A DNA stretch of 30,880 bases from a virus (IMGVR_UViG_648276660_000001); one strand, 5' to 3'. Shown: positions 1-9,063, counted from the stretch's first letter. Numbers and translations are program-made. Notes: generated by a model not told the origin, from the sequence alone.

Positions 1-117
1 GGCGGTCTTTTCATATCTATTCGTACCTCAAAGGTAATAAAAAACCAAATCTGGTTGATCTTTTTTTTGTGTCAGCACAAAATGACCGTAATCCCAATAC
101 TAATAACAGGGCTTACC

Positions 118-318
118 ATGGAAATCATTACACGTATTGATGCCGCAAAGCGCGGACTTAAACGCTACTACACCGGAAAAACATGTAAGCACGGACATGA
201 CAGTGAACGCTGGGTTTACAACGGACACTGTGTTGAGTGCACCATGGAATCAAACCGTCGTATCAGGGCAGAGATTAAGCAGATCATGATTAATTCCTCC
301 CCACAACATTCAAGCTGA
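118..318 (+). CDS. Hypothetical small Cys/His-rich (zinc-binding-like) protein; start uncertain (ORF open from 55, alternative ATG at 82)
   Basis: ORF 55..318; motif C-K-H-G-H ... H-C-V-E-C in translation; no strong RBS at any candidate start; palindromic operator-like site lies upstream at 23..38. Confidence 0.4.
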   Translation: MEIITRIDAAKRGLKRYYTGKTCKHGHDSERWVYNGHCVECTMESNRRIRAEIKQIMINSSPQHSS

Positions 319-333
319 TAGCGGAGATTAATC

Positions 334-1131
334 ATGAGCAGACATGCAACAGATTGGGCCTGGGAGACAGATCCAGGTAGCTCATCATTAAAGCTCATAC
401 TGCTCTCGATGGCTGACAGAGCCGATGAATATAACCTCTGCTACCCCAGCATAGAACGCCTCGTTAAAGACACTTGCCTGAATAAAAAAACCGTGCAGGC
501 CGGGCTTATATCGCTCATGAAAATGGGGCTTATTTCAGATACCGGAGAGAGAAAGGGAGCGACAAAAAGAGTGCGGGTTTTCTCTCTTAATATAACCAAA
601 AACGGGAACATTAAAGGCAACCGGGAGGGGGGCAATGAACCCGAAAACGGGAATATTCCCAAAAACGGGATGTTGAATGATCCCAAAAACGGGATGTTGA
701 ATGATCCCAAAAACGGGATCCAGAACCAGTCATATAACCAGTCATTTAACCAAGAGAGGGAGAGCAGGACAAAAAGCGGGGATTCTGTGCCTCATGACCC
801 CGGAGCAAACAACGCCGTGATGAATAACTTTGTTCCTCCTGGTGGGCCAGGGCAATTAGGCAAATTTGTCATGCATGAACAATGGCAGCCATCAGATGAC
901 TTTCTTCGGAAAAGCTCATTGCAGGGGATCTACCTGGACAGTCTGCCAACGGCACAGGAACTTGCAGAGTTCAGAATTTACTGGATGGCTGAGGGTAAGG
1001 CATACCATCAGGCACAGTGGGAGCAGAAGCTGGCAAGGCGGCTGCAGATTAGCAGACAGAAGCAATCAACATTACCTGATAACAACGTTCCGCACTGGAA
1101 CAGCCCTGAAGCATGGGAGGATTTCTTGTGA
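334..1131 (+). CDS. Phage replication initiation protein, lambda O-like, with the origin iterons embedded in the gene
   Basis: GGAG RBS 7 nt before ATG 334; N-terminal region looks like a helix-turn-helix initiator domain; central repeated peptide PKNGMLNDPKNG is encoded by the iteron array; position immediately upstream of a lambda P-like gene. Confidence 0.8.
   Translation: MSRHATDWAWETDPGSSSLKLILLSMADRADEYNLCYPSIERLVKDTCLNKKTVQAGLISLMKMGLISDTGERKGATKRVRVFSLNITKNGNIKGNREGGNEPENGNIPKNGMLNDPKNGMLNDPKNGIQNQSYNQSFNQERESRTKSGDSVPHDPGANNAVMNNFVPPGGPGQLGKFVMHEQWQPSDDFLRKSSLQGIYLDSLPTAQELAEFRIYWMAEGKAYHQAQWEQKLARRLQISRQKQSTLPDNNVPHWNSPEAWEDFL
596..718. repeat. Iteron array (five copies of CC(C)AAAAACGGGA, last three spaced 24 bp) - probable replication origin inside the initiator gene
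   Basis: Direct repeats read at 596, 640, 658, 682, 706; arrangement matches lambda ori lying within gene O (established knowledge). Confidence 0.7.
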
Positions 1132-1913
1132 ACAACGTTTTTACCGCGATACAAAACCGTGACGGAGAAGCCCTTTCTCGCATGTCAGGTTATGAGCATC
1201 AGTACGTCAACAATGACAATGTGGTGAACATGTCAGCAGAGAGGCTTGTTGATGCCCTTTTTAAACAGCTGAAACAACTGTTTCCGGCGGCAGTGGTAAC
1301 CAACCTGAAGACGCCAGAGCAGGAAGTTGCTGCAAAACAGCAGTGGATTGCTGCGTTTGCCGAAGGGGGGATCCGAACCCGTGAACAGGTTTCTGCTGGT
1401 ATGCGCCACGCCCGCGCCAGTGAATCTCCGTTCTGGCCGTCTCCAGGGCAATTTATCAAGTGGTGCAAAGACAGCAAGATGGTTCTTGGCGTCACCATTG
1501 ACGATGTGATGGCGGAGTTTCACCGGTACAGCAAGGAAAAAAGTTTATATCCTGGTGGTCCCGAAAGATTCCCGTGGCGACATCCGGTTATGTACTGGGT
1601 CGTATGTGATACCCGCCGTGCAATGTATCAGCGCCAGCTTAGCGAGATTGAGGTTGAGAAACACGCACGCAGGCTGCTCGATGATTGGGCGAAAAAGGTG
1701 GCTTCCGGACAGCAGATACCCGATCCGGTGATCAGCATACAGGCAAAGCCAGAGCCCATGAGTACGCCTCCGGACACAGGGAGAGACGTTTACCATCCAC
1801 CAGGGCGAAGTTTCGGGTGCATGCCTAACGCCGCCACCCTTGGGGGAATAACACCGGCGCAGTGGCTGATGGAGGAATACAGGCGGGGAAAGGCGGCAGG
1901 ATTTATCAAGTAA
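1128..1913 (+). CDS. Replication protein, lambda P-like (DnaB helicase loader)
   Basis: Translation shares a recalled block with lambda P (FPAAVVTNL...QQWIAAFAEGGIRTREQVSAGMRHAR...PFWPSPGQFIKWC...YPW...YW); GTG 1128 overlaps the upstream TGA stop (GTGA) with GGGAGG RBS 7 nt upstream; ATG 1113 is the alternative start. Confidence 0.8.
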   Translation: MNNVFTAIQNRDGEALSRMSGYEHQYVNNDNVVNMSAERLVDALFKQLKQLFPAAVVTNLKTPEQEVAAKQQWIAAFAEGGIRTREQVSAGMRHARASESPFWPSPGQFIKWCKDSKMVLGVTIDDVMAEFHRYSKEKSLYPGGPERFPWRHPVMYWVVCDTRRAMYQRQLSEIEVEKHARRLLDDWAKKVASGQQIPDPVISIQAKPEPMSTPPDTGRDVYHPPGRSFGCMPNAATLGGITPAQWLMEEYRRGKAAGFIK

Positions 1914-1984
1914 TACCAGCGCGATAGCGCATTTTTTTACGCCTCGACAATTACCTGTTAGGTAATAAAATATTCTAAAATCTA

Positions 1985-2028
1985 TTGATTTCGTGTCTTA
2001 TGTGGTTTTTAATTACCTCAGAGGTAAA
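1985..2028 (+). promoter_or_regulatory. Predicted sigma70 promoter (-35 TTGATT 1985..1990, 17-bp spacer, -10 TTTAAT 2008..2013) overlapped by palindromic operator ATTACCTcagAGGTAA (2012..2028); a second operator copy lies at 1950..1966
   Basis: Read directly from sequence; the right operator half-site AGGT doubles as the Shine-Dalgarno for the gene starting at 2031. Confidence 0.55.
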
Positions 2029-2030
2029 TC

Positions 2031-2375
2031 ATGAGAAAACAGATACAGGCTCTTGGTCGACTCAAAACAGGTCAGATGAACAAAACAGAATCTGCGTATT
2101 GCCAGCACCTTGAGCTGCGTAAACGTGCAGGAGAAATCGTCTGGTATCGATTTGAGGGTATCAAGCTGCGGTTAGCTGACAACACGTTCTATACGCCCGA
2201 TTTTGCTGTGATGCTCGCCACCGGCGAGATGGAACTGCACGAAGTGAAAGGTTTCTGGACCGACGACGCCAGGGTGAAAACCAAAGTCGCCGCAGATCAG
2301 TATCCGTTCCGAATCATCGGGGTAACGGTTAAACCAAAGAAAGCAGGTGGTGGCTGGATCATCGAAGAGTTCTGA
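2031..2375 (+). CDS. Hypothetical protein, tentatively DUF1064-like (nuclease-fold family common in phage nin regions)
   Basis: ATG preceded by GAGG RBS; 114 aa; pattern ...YTPDF.V......E.KG...D.....K...AAD.YP resembles recalled DUF1064 proteins (not verified by search). Confidence 0.6.
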   Translation: MRKQIQALGRLKTGQMNKTESAYCQHLELRKRAGEIVWYRFEGIKLRLADNTFYTPDFAVMLATGEMELHEVKGFWTDDARVKTKVAADQYPFRIIGVTVKPKKAGGGWIIEEF

Positions 2376-2436
2376 ATCGACGATCTTTTTAGTTATCAAT
2401 GTTATCAATAAGTTATGTGGATAAGCGAGGGTAAAG

Positions 2437-3000
2437 ATGGAAAGTAATATCAAATGGTTAGTTGCCGCCGGGCATGAGATGGCTTCTGAACTGAAAGCAG
2501 AATGTGGTGCCGTTGATATGCGCAGTGTGGCAAAGCTGATCAGCGATTTGGCAACGCAACTGGAAGTGCAACTGGTGCGTGCTAATGCGCTGGCCGAAGA
2601 CCAGCAGAAAGCGATTGAGTCAATTAAGCAGGCTGATGCAGCTGTTAAGTTGGCACACGAGAAGTTTTCGGCGCTGGCAGCGGAGAATGCGGGGCTAAAG
2701 TCTGGCGCTATGGACGAAATCAAGGTTATCAACCGTGGAGGGCAGGCATATTGCGTAAAAGATGGAGTGCAAGTTAATCCCATGTATGCAAGAGGGTGGA
2801 ATGACTATCGCGCAAAGTCTCTGCAATCAGACACCCCAGCTACCGATGCTTTTCTGGCTGAAATTGAACGCAAAGCAATCCGCAAGTTCATTAACAGCAT
2901 TGAACACATCCTGCGTGACAAGCTGTCTCCGTATGACACCGAAGAGATGCTTGAGGCTATGCGTATTTTTCTGGAAGAACAGAGTGGTGAGCAAAAATGA
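2437..3000 (+). CDS. Hypothetical protein
   Basis: 187-aa ORF with GAGGG RBS upstream of ATG; same strand and operon context. Confidence 0.65.
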   Translation: MESNIKWLVAAGHEMASELKAECGAVDMRSVAKLISDLATQLEVQLVRANALAEDQQKAIESIKQADAAVKLAHEKFSALAAENAGLKSGAMDEIKVINRGGQAYCVKDGVQVNPMYARGWNDYRAKSLQSDTPATDAFLAEIERKAIRKFINSIEHILRDKLSPYDTEEMLEAMRIFLEEQSGEQK

Positions 3001-3314
3001 CAATCACAAAACAACGGGTAGAAGAAATCATATCCCGCATTGAAATGTATGGACATGGTGCAGGATATACCGCTGACGAGGTTTATGACCTAGCTGTACT
3101 GGCGCTGAATTTATCAAATATCGCAAACCTGAAGCGATACGAGCTTGATATGGGTGGTTGTGACTCGTGCGGTCAGGATTGTGGCGCTGACATGACTGAA
3201 GATTCTGATGGCAATTATGTCCTGTTTGATGACGTGGTTAAGTTGTTTGAGTTTGATACAACCACTCAGAAGTTAGAAGGCCCAGCAAAGGAGGCAACCA
3301 GTGAGCAAGATTGA
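2997..3314 (+). CDS. Hypothetical protein
   Basis: 105-aa ORF; ATGA start/stop overlap with the upstream gene (translational coupling). Confidence 0.6.
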   Translation: MTITKQRVEEIISRIEMYGHGAGYTADEVYDLAVLALNLSNIANLKRYELDMGGCDSCGQDCGADMTEDSDGNYVLFDDVVKLFEFDTTTQKLEGPAKEATSEQD

Positions 3315-3876
3315 CTATCAGGCACTGCGTGAAAAGGCAGAGAAAGCAACGTGTGGTGTGTGGTCGCTCGAATATGGAGAGGGACGATTTGATGGTGATG
3401 ATGCACTAATTCATCGCGAGGTTGCTGGATATATTCCTATTTGCAGAATTGAAGGAGCGCATCCTGAAAGCGGTTTCGATGAAGATTTCCAAACTGAACA
3501 GCAGGCCAATGCTGAATTCATCGCCGCAGCCAATCCGGCTACTGTGCTGGCGCTTCTGGATGAACGGGAAAGAAACCAGCAATACATCAAATCACGCGAC
3601 CAGGAGAACGAGGATATTGCGCTAACGGTAGGGAAGCTGCGCGTTGAGCTGGAAGCCGCAGAGAAGCGCATAGCAGAACTGGAAGCGCGGGAAGTTCAAT
3701 TACCGACTCGCTACGACCTTCGATATGGACATCCGATAAATGCAGATGAGCGACATGTCATGATACCTAAAGAAAATGGCAGTTGGCTTTACCTGATTGA
3801 CCTAGAACACGCATTACGCGTCGCTGACATTCGCATCAAAGGAGACGCAGGAGAACAAAACGATGAAAAACCGTAA
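3301..3876 (+). CDS. Ead/Ea22-like family protein (tentative)
   Basis: GTG start with AGGAGG RBS 7 nt upstream; translation contains NAEFIAAANPATVLALLDERE and a coiled-coil-like segment recalled from Ea22-like prophage proteins. Confidence 0.65.
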   Translation: MSKIDYQALREKAEKATCGVWSLEYGEGRFDGDDALIHREVAGYIPICRIEGAHPESGFDEDFQTEQQANAEFIAAANPATVLALLDERERNQQYIKSRDQENEDIALTVGKLRVELEAAEKRIAELEAREVQLPTRYDLRYGHPINADERHVMIPKENGSWLYLIDLEHALRVADIRIKGDAGEQNDEKP

Positions 3877-4035
3877 AGCAAAATTACTTCTTTTATCGCG
3901 TTCGACGGGGTACGAGAGGCTACCAATCAGCAATCACAAACGGGCGGTGATCGGCATGTTTGGTAGGGTGGTATTCGCATTTAACTATAAACCCACCGCG
4001 TCGCGGAACAGACGAGAGAAGGGGGACGCAGTGCG

Positions 4036-4224
4036 ATGAAAAACCGTAAGGAAAAAATTCTGTTAGCTCGCAGAAACGGTGTTGGGGTCTGGCGATGGTT
4101 GAGGATTAGTAACAGACGAGTGAGGTTGACGGGGTGTTGCGGGGTGATGGGGCACAGTTGTTGCAAAAAGCCCAGCGCGGCGCAAAACCGCTGGAAAAAC
4201 CACCTGCGCGCTAAAGGAGACTGA
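4036..4224 (+). CDS. Doubtful small Arg-rich ORF inside a G-rich, repeat-containing intergenic region
   Basis: 62-aa ORF with weak RBS; its first ~25 nt duplicate the 3' end of the gene ending at 3876, so it may be a recombination scar rather than a gene. Confidence 0.2.
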   Translation: MKNRKEKILLARRNGVGVWRWLRISNRRVRLTGCCGVMGHSCCKKPSAAQNRWKNHLRAKGD

Positions 4225-4225
4225 T

Positions 4226-4435
4226 ATGGCTATTGCCGCAAGTTACACCATGCATCTCTACTGTGATTGTCGCCAGTGTACAAATGGTAAATATCAAACG
4301 CCAGACTTCGGTGAGTATATCGGTACGTCATGGGCTGGCTGTGCAAAAGAGGCGCGCAAGGACGGCTGGCGAATAAGCAAAGACAAAACACGTGCTTTTG
4401 CGCCAGGGCATAAAGTTTTAAGGATTAACAAATGA
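4226..4435 (+). CDS. Hypothetical small Cys-containing protein
   Basis: AGGAG RBS 7 nt upstream of ATG 4226; 69 aa. Confidence 0.6.
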   Translation: MAIAASYTMHLYCDCRQCTNGKYQTPDFGEYIGTSWAGCAKEARKDGWRISKDKTRAFAPGHKVLRINK

Positions 4436-4944
4436 CCACTATTACCAGAGAACAGGCACAGAAAATTATTGAAGCAGCCGATGAGGTTATTAGTGCGCTG
4501 GCCGGAACTAATGAGGATGTTAACCCTGATAGCGATAACATGCTACGTCTGTGGGATGACCTGAATGACCGTCACGCGCCCCCTGAAGTTGTGCGTGAGC
4601 TGGCACGTATTGTGCTGGCATCGCTGGAAGCAGAACCGATGGCATGGCGATATCGCTACGTGAAAAAAGGCATTACGGACTCACAGGGGGAGCCGTGGGT
4701 TGGTGACTGGAAATATGTACCGACAAAAGAGGATTGCAACGACAGACCGAACTATGAAATTCAGGCGTTATTCACTGCCCCGCCTGTGCCACTGACACCA
4801 GAAGGATTGATTAAAGCAGTGCGCTTCTATGAACAGGTTAAGCGTGAGAATCCGCCAGTCGAAACCGGAGCATGGAAAGACGCTGTTGACTGGGTGCTCA
4901 AAGAGGCTTGCCAGGCTGTAAACATTGGTACCAAAGGAGAGTGA
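4432..4944 (+). CDS. Hypothetical protein, MTTIT-family paralog 1
   Basis: ATGA overlap with the upstream stop; N-terminus MTTITREQ; shares ELARIVLASLEAEP block with the paralog at 5140. Confidence 0.7.
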   Translation: MTTITREQAQKIIEAADEVISALAGTNEDVNPDSDNMLRLWDDLNDRHAPPEVVRELARIVLASLEAEPMAWRYRYVKKGITDSQGEPWVGDWKYVPTKEDCNDRPNYEIQALFTAPPVPLTPEGLIKAVRFYEQVKRENPPVETGAWKDAVDWVLKEACQAVNIGTKGE

Positions 4945-4945
4945 G

Positions 4946-5137
4946 ATGAACGGACAAATATCAATTGTTCGACCGGGAGCATGTGACGATAGCGAGATAC
5001 GAATGATTATTCGTCTGGCGATGGGGAAAACAATAACCGCTCTCATTACTCCAGAAAATCTCGCATTAGCATTAACCGGAAAGTCAGACCTACCAGTAGA
5101 GCTAAAGCTGCGAAATGTTGAGATTAAGGTGAAATAG
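4946..5137 (+). CDS. Hypothetical small protein
   Basis: RBS AAAGGAGAGTGAG immediately before ATG 4946 (same RBS string as the gene at 5555); 63 aa. Confidence 0.5.
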   Translation: MNGQISIVRPGACDDSEIRMIIRLAMGKTITALITPENLALALTGKSDLPVELKLRNVEIKVK

Positions 5138-5139
5138 CT

Positions 5140-5553
5140 ATGACCACTATAACCAAAGAGCGACTACTGACAATCAAGCAGTGGCGCGAAACATACGGAC
5201 CTGGTAGCAACGTTGTACTGCCAGCAGAAGAAGCGGAAGAACTGGCGCGGATTGCTCTGGCAGCGCTGGAAGTCGAGCCGATAGGTTTCCGTTGCAGGCG
5301 CAATGATAACCTTGGTGATTGGAGTTACGTATATCATCGAGAGCCAGATGATTTTGAGCGCAAACATTTAGTGATAGAGGGCATTTACGCCGCCCATCCA
5401 GCACCGGTAGTGCCTGAAGAAGCAACTCCGGAAAACGTAGAAATGCTCTCTGGCTATGTTTCCACGTACAAATTAACCGATAGCGAGCGCGATATTGCTG
5501 CCGAAAGATGGAACGCCTGCCGCGCCGCCATGCTTCAGGGTAAAGGAGAGTGA
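5140..5553 (+). CDS. Hypothetical protein, MTTIT-family paralog 2
   Basis: AGGTGA RBS; N-terminus MTTITKER; ELARIALAALEVEP block shared with paralog 1. Confidence 0.7.
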   Translation: MTTITKERLLTIKQWRETYGPGSNVVLPAEEAEELARIALAALEVEPIGFRCRRNDNLGDWSYVYHREPDDFERKHLVIEGIYAAHPAPVVPEEATPENVEMLSGYVSTYKLTDSERDIAAERWNACRAAMLQGKGE

Positions 5554-5554
5554 T

Positions 5555-6118
5555 ATGACCACTATAACCGATAAGAAACAGTATCCAGGCGAGCAATATC
5601 TTAATGAGCTGATCACCAACATAGAGTTTGCTGCAAGGGCACCAGTTGAAGTCGTGAGAGCAATGGCAGCAGAGCTACAGAAGCGGCGCGAAGCTGATAG
5701 TGCAGAACCTGTAAGTAATCATGAAGAGTTGCCGCTTGATTATCTCCAAGGTCAAAAAGATGGTCTTGAATGGGCTGCGCAGCTTGCAGAAGCAAATCAC
5801 CCACAAACTGGCGACTGGCTTTACGATGACCCGCTGGAGCTGGCTAAAGCTATCAGAAAAGGTCCTGACATGCCTGAATTCGATGGACCAACTCCGGTAA
5901 CTACGGATGGTTGGATAAGCTGTAGTGATCTAATGCCGGAAGACACCAAAATGTTACTGGCATTTAGTCAAGGTGAAATCGTGGCAGCATATTGGAACTG
6001 GGTTGTAAATCCAATTGATTACAAAAAATATAGAGCTTTCACGTATTTATCAGGAAATATCTTGGATGACGTAACTCACTGGATGCCGCTACCAGAGCCG
6101 CCGCAGGAGGTGAAGTGA
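5555..6118 (+). CDS. DUF551-like prophage protein (MTTIT N-terminus, paralog 3)
   Basis: AAAGGAGAGTGAT RBS then ATG 5555; C-terminal region (...[13 protein letters not shown]...HWMPLPEPP) resembles recalled DUF551 domain. Confidence 0.7.
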   Translation: MTTITDKKQYPGEQYLNELITNIEFAARAPVEVVRAMAAELQKRREADSAEPVSNHEELPLDYLQGQKDGLEWAAQLAEANHPQTGDWLYDDPLELAKAIRKGPDMPEFDGPTPVTTDGWISCSDLMPEDTKMLLAFSQGEIVAAYWNWVVNPIDYKKYRAFTYLSGNILDDVTHWMPLPEPPQEVK

Positions 6119-6459
6119 TGGACTATTCACAGTTAAGTGATTTTGAAATTAACAGAATGGTAGGAGACATAATTTTTAAAGGCCTTTGGGCATGTAAACC
6201 GGAAACATCAGGGAATAACACCAACAAATGGTATTACGGAAATACTGATACAACTTTTGAGCCATTAAACCATTTACCTGACTACTGCAATGATCCTAGC
6301 GCCTCATGGCCGATTATTGAGAAACACAGGATTTCTATCTTAGACCAGTTAACTGAATGGTGTGTTGATGCAAAAGGCGTAAGACCAATATTTGATACCA
6401 GACCTCTCCGCGCCGCCATGATTGTATTTCTCATGATGCAGGAAAATCAGAATGGCTAA
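6118..6459 (+). CDS. Hypothetical protein (nin-region type)
   Basis: AGGAGG RBS 7 nt before ATG 6118, overlapping the upstream stop; 113 aa. Confidence 0.6.
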   Translation: MDYSQLSDFEINRMVGDIIFKGLWACKPETSGNNTNKWYYGNTDTTFEPLNHLPDYCNDPSASWPIIEKHRISILDQLTEWCVDAKGVRPIFDTRPLRAAMIVFLMMQENQNG

Positions 6460-6790
6460 ATCAGCAGCAGAGCGCAAAGCCGCTCAGAGAGCCAGACAAG
6501 CTGCATCTGGTGTGCGTAAGCTGGAAATTGTGCTTGATGCTCAGGAAATTGAAATGCTGGAGCGTAACTGCGCCGCCCGGCGCCCTGGTCGCGATCCCTA
6601 TGAAATGGCCGAGTACATCGCGCTGCTGATCCGCCAGGATGATGCACGCGTGCGCGGGCGTATAAAATCGATCAGCAGAAAACGTTGCGGTAAGTGCGGC
6701 GAGAGAGTTCCAGTTAATTCATGCCCGTGTAATGGTGACTCGCAATGCTGGGTGACTAAAGGCTGGCATGAAACGAAATTAATAGTGTGA
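6452..6790 (+). CDS. Hypothetical basic protein with C-terminal Cys cluster (CGKCG...CPC...C); possible DNA-binding or regulatory protein immediately upstream of the late operon
   Basis: ORF with start overlapping the upstream gene end; zinc-ribbon-like Cys spacing in translation; the stop codon lies inside the GTGACATGTCAC palindrome. Confidence 0.6.
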   Translation: MAKSAAERKAAQRARQAASGVRKLEIVLDAQEIEMLERNCAARRPGRDPYEMAEYIALLIRQDDARVRGRIKSISRKRCGKCGERVPVNSCPCNGDSQCWVTKGWHETKLIV

Positions 6791-6798
6791 CATGTCAC
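6787..6798. repeat. Perfect 12-bp palindrome GTGACATGTCAC, copy 1 of 3
   Basis: Exact string read in sequence; other copies at 9052..9063 and 26595..26606. Confidence 0.9.
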
Positions 6799-6839
6799 GA
6801 GTAGATTATGCATGATGAATTTGATGGGTTTTGAATACT

Positions 6840-6865
6840 GCCGCCAACTATGGCGGCTTTATTTT
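6840..6865 (+). terminator. Putative intrinsic terminator (GCCGCC-aactat-GGCGGC followed by TTTATTTT) at the end of the early/nin region
   Basis: GC hairpin plus T-run read in sequence; lies upstream of the predicted terminase start. Confidence 0.45.
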
Positions 6866-6875
6866 GCATGGTATT

Positions 6876-6892
6876 ATTACCACAACGGTAAC
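6876..6892. promoter_or_regulatory. Variant copy of the TTACC-N5-GGTAA palindrome (ATTACCacaacGGTAAC) just upstream of the terminase small subunit start
   Basis: Half-sites TTACC and GGTAA separated by 5 nt as in the eight consensus copies, but central flanking bases differ. Confidence 0.35.
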
Positions 6893-6908
6893 AATTACCA
6901 CGGTGGTT

Positions 6909-7505
6909 ATGATGCCTGCTGAACCTAAAACCTATAAACGCAAATCAACGCAATTTAAGCCGCTCACAGCAATGCAGGAGGCTTATTGCCAGTCATACAT
7001 CAAAACGCCTGAAAACCAGACTCAGGCAGCGATTAACGCAGGATTCTCCCCAAATACAGCGGCAGTTAAAGCCAGTGTCATGATGCGCGATGAACGCATT
7101 CAAAAACGGATTGCCGAGTTGATGGAGGAGCGCAACAAACGAATGCGCGTCAGTGCTGATTACGTTCTCATGCGCTTGGTGGAGATCGACCAGATGGACG
7201 TGATCGATATCCTCAACGACGATGGGAGCCTTAAACCAATCCGTGAGTGGCCGAAAATCTGGCGCACTACGCTTAGTGGCTTTGATCTGTCATCGACCAT
7301 CATGAACATGAACGAGGATTCGATAGAGACAATCCTCAAAAAAATTAAATGGCCTGACAAGGTGAAGAACCTAGAACTGATTGGTAAGCATGTTGATGTC
7401 AACGCGTTCAAAGAACGTCTGGATGTTAATGTGAATGTGACAATTGCTGATCGCATAGCAGCAGCCAGGAAGCGACTCAAAGAACGTCAGGATGGTAATC
7501 AGTGA
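6909..7505 (+). CDS. Terminase small subunit
   Basis: Translation contains LTAMQEAYCQSY...TQAAINAGFSPNTAAVKAS...RIQKRI, resembling recalled terminase small-subunit HTH domains; directly precedes the large subunit; start set at ATG 6909 after a GGTGG RBS (ORF is open from 6831). Confidence 0.75.
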   Translation: MMPAEPKTYKRKSTQFKPLTAMQEAYCQSYIKTPENQTQAAINAGFSPNTAAVKASVMMRDERIQKRIAELMEERNKRMRVSADYVLMRLVEIDQMDVIDILNDDGSLKPIREWPKIWRTTLSGFDLSSTIMNMNEDSIETILKKIKWPDKVKNLELIGKHVDVNAFKERLDVNVNVTIADRIAAARKRLKERQDGNQ

Positions 7506-8977
7506 CAGATACAGCGTTATCTCCTGAAGAGCAGTTGATCGAGGATATTGCAGGGTTCACTCACGATCCGCTTGGCTATGCCCTCTATGCGTTCCCGTGG
7601 GGGGAAGAGGGGACTGAATTAGCACATGCCACCGGTCCACGTAAGTGGCAGGCTGATGCGTTCCGAGAGATACGTGATCACCTGCAGAATCCAGAGACGC
7701 GCTATCAGCCGCTTATGCTGGCACGTGCTTCTGGTCATGGTATTGGTAAATCCGCATTCATCTCAATGCTGATCAACTGGGGCATGTCCACTTGCGAGGA
7801 TTGTAAGGTTGTGGTGACCGCCAACACCGACAACCAGCTACGAACGAAGACCTGGCCGGAAATTATCAAGTGGTCGAACCTTGCCATCACGAAAGACTGG
7901 TTTACCTGTACCGCTACCGCGATGTACAGCAATGATCCTGGGCACGACAAGCGGTGGCGAGCTGACGCAATCCCCTGGTCTGAGCACAACACTGAGGCAT
8001 TCGCCGGACTACACAACGAGCGCAAACGCATCATCGTGGTATTCGATGAAGCGTCGAACATTGCGGATCTGGTGTGGGAAGTTGCTGAGGGTGCGCTTAC
8101 GGACGAAGACACTGAGATTATCTGGGTGGCGTTCGGAAACCCTACACGTAATACCGGGCGTTTTCGCGAATGTTTCCGCAAATACAAACACCGCTGGAAA
8201 ACTGCGCAGATTGACAGCCGGACGGTGGAAGGTACTAACAAACAGCAGTTGCAGAAATGGGTTGATGACTACGGGGAAGACAGCGACTTCGTTAAAATCC
8301 GTGTGCGCGGCATATTCCCTGATGCATCTGAATTGCAGTTTATCCCTACCGGTCTTACTGATGAGGCAATGAAACGGGTGGTAACCGCTGCGCAGGTGGC
8401 TCATGCTCCGGTGATAATCGGTGTTGACCCGGCATATTCAGGCGTTGATGACGCGGTGATATACCTGCGGCAGGGGTTGCATAGTAAGGTGCTATGGACT
8501 GGCAACAAGACCACTGACGATCTGATTATGGCGAAGCGTATCGCTGACTTTGAAGACCAGTATCAGGCTGACGCGGTGTTCATCGACTTCGGTTACGGAA
8601 CCGGTCTGAAGTCAATCGGTGACGGCTGGGGGCGCACATGGCAACTTGTTCCGTTCGGTGGTGCGTCAACTGACCCTCAGATGCTCAACAAGCGCGGGGA
8701 GATGTTCAACTCATGCAAGACATGGCTGAGGTTGGGCGGGATGCTGGATGACCAGGAAACAGCGGACGATCTGTCGGCGGCAGAGTACAAAGTTCGCGTG
8801 GACGGTAAAATCGTTATCGAACCGAAGGAAGATATCAAAGAACGACTTGGGCGTTCGCCGGGTAAAGGCGATGCGCTACTGCTGACGTTTGCTTTCCCTG
8901 TGTCGAAGCGTCTGCGAATTCCCGGGCAGCAGAACCAGCAAGGCAAGGCCATCACAGATTACGATCCCTATGCTTAA
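7502..8977 (+). CDS. Terminase large subunit (ATPase plus nuclease)
   Basis: Walker A-like ASGHGIGKS, Walker B-like IIVVFDEAS, C-terminal nuclease-like GVDPAY segment; GTGA overlap with the small subunit stop. Confidence 0.9.
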   Translation: MTDTALSPEEQLIEDIAGFTHDPLGYALYAFPWGEEGTELAHATGPRKWQADAFREIRDHLQNPETRYQPLMLARASGHGIGKSAFISMLINWGMSTCEDCKVVVTANTDNQLRTKTWPEIIKWSNLAITKDWFTCTATAMYSNDPGHDKRWRADAIPWSEHNTEAFAGLHNERKRIIVVFDEASNIADLVWEVAEGALTDEDTEIIWVAFGNPTRNTGRFRECFRKYKHRWKTAQIDSRTVEGTNKQQLQKWVDDYGEDSDFVKIRVRGIFPDASELQFIPTGLTDEAMKRVVTAAQVAHAPVIIGVDPAYSGVDDAVIYLRQGLHSKVLWTGNKTTDDLIMAKRIADFEDQYQADAVFIDFGYGTGLKSIGDGWGRTWQLVPFGGASTDPQMLNKRGEMFNSCKTWLRLGGMLDDQETADDLSAAEYKVRVDGKIVIEPKEDIKERLGRSPGKGDALLLTFAFPVSKRLRIPGQQNQQGKAITDYDPYA

Positions 8978-9028
8978 TCCGCTGGTGGGGATAATGTCGT
9001 TGATATCCTCTGATGAGGATAAAACAAA

Positions 9029-9051
9029 GCCAGCTCATCGGCTGGCTGTTT
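9029..9051. terminator. Bidirectional intrinsic terminator (GCCAGC-tcatcg-GCTGGC, T-rich on both sides) abutting palindrome copy 2
   Basis: Hairpin and flanking T/A runs read in sequence between convergent genes. Confidence 0.55.
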
Positions 9052-9063
9052 GTGACATGTCAC
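9052..9063. repeat. Perfect 12-bp palindrome GTGACATGTCAC, copy 2 of 3
   Basis: Exact string read in sequence. Confidence 0.9.

Noticed and set aside
596-718. Possible CRISPR array (regularly spaced direct repeats)
   Set aside because: Repeats are only about 13 bp, lie inside a coding sequence in frame with a repeated peptide, and sit in a replication initiator; they are origin iterons
2172-2783. 203-aa minus-strand ORF (similar antisense ORFs at 11227..11964, 12515..13096, 15105..15830, 15650..16339, 23386..23901, 24719..25180)
   Set aside because: Antisense to well-supported plus-strand genes, no RBS, low-complexity translations; typical shadow ORFs
6831-6908. N-terminal extension of the terminase small subunit ORF
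   Set aside because: The extension covers a terminator-like hairpin and operator-like half-sites and is hydrophobic low-complexity; ATG 6909 after GGTGG is a more plausible start
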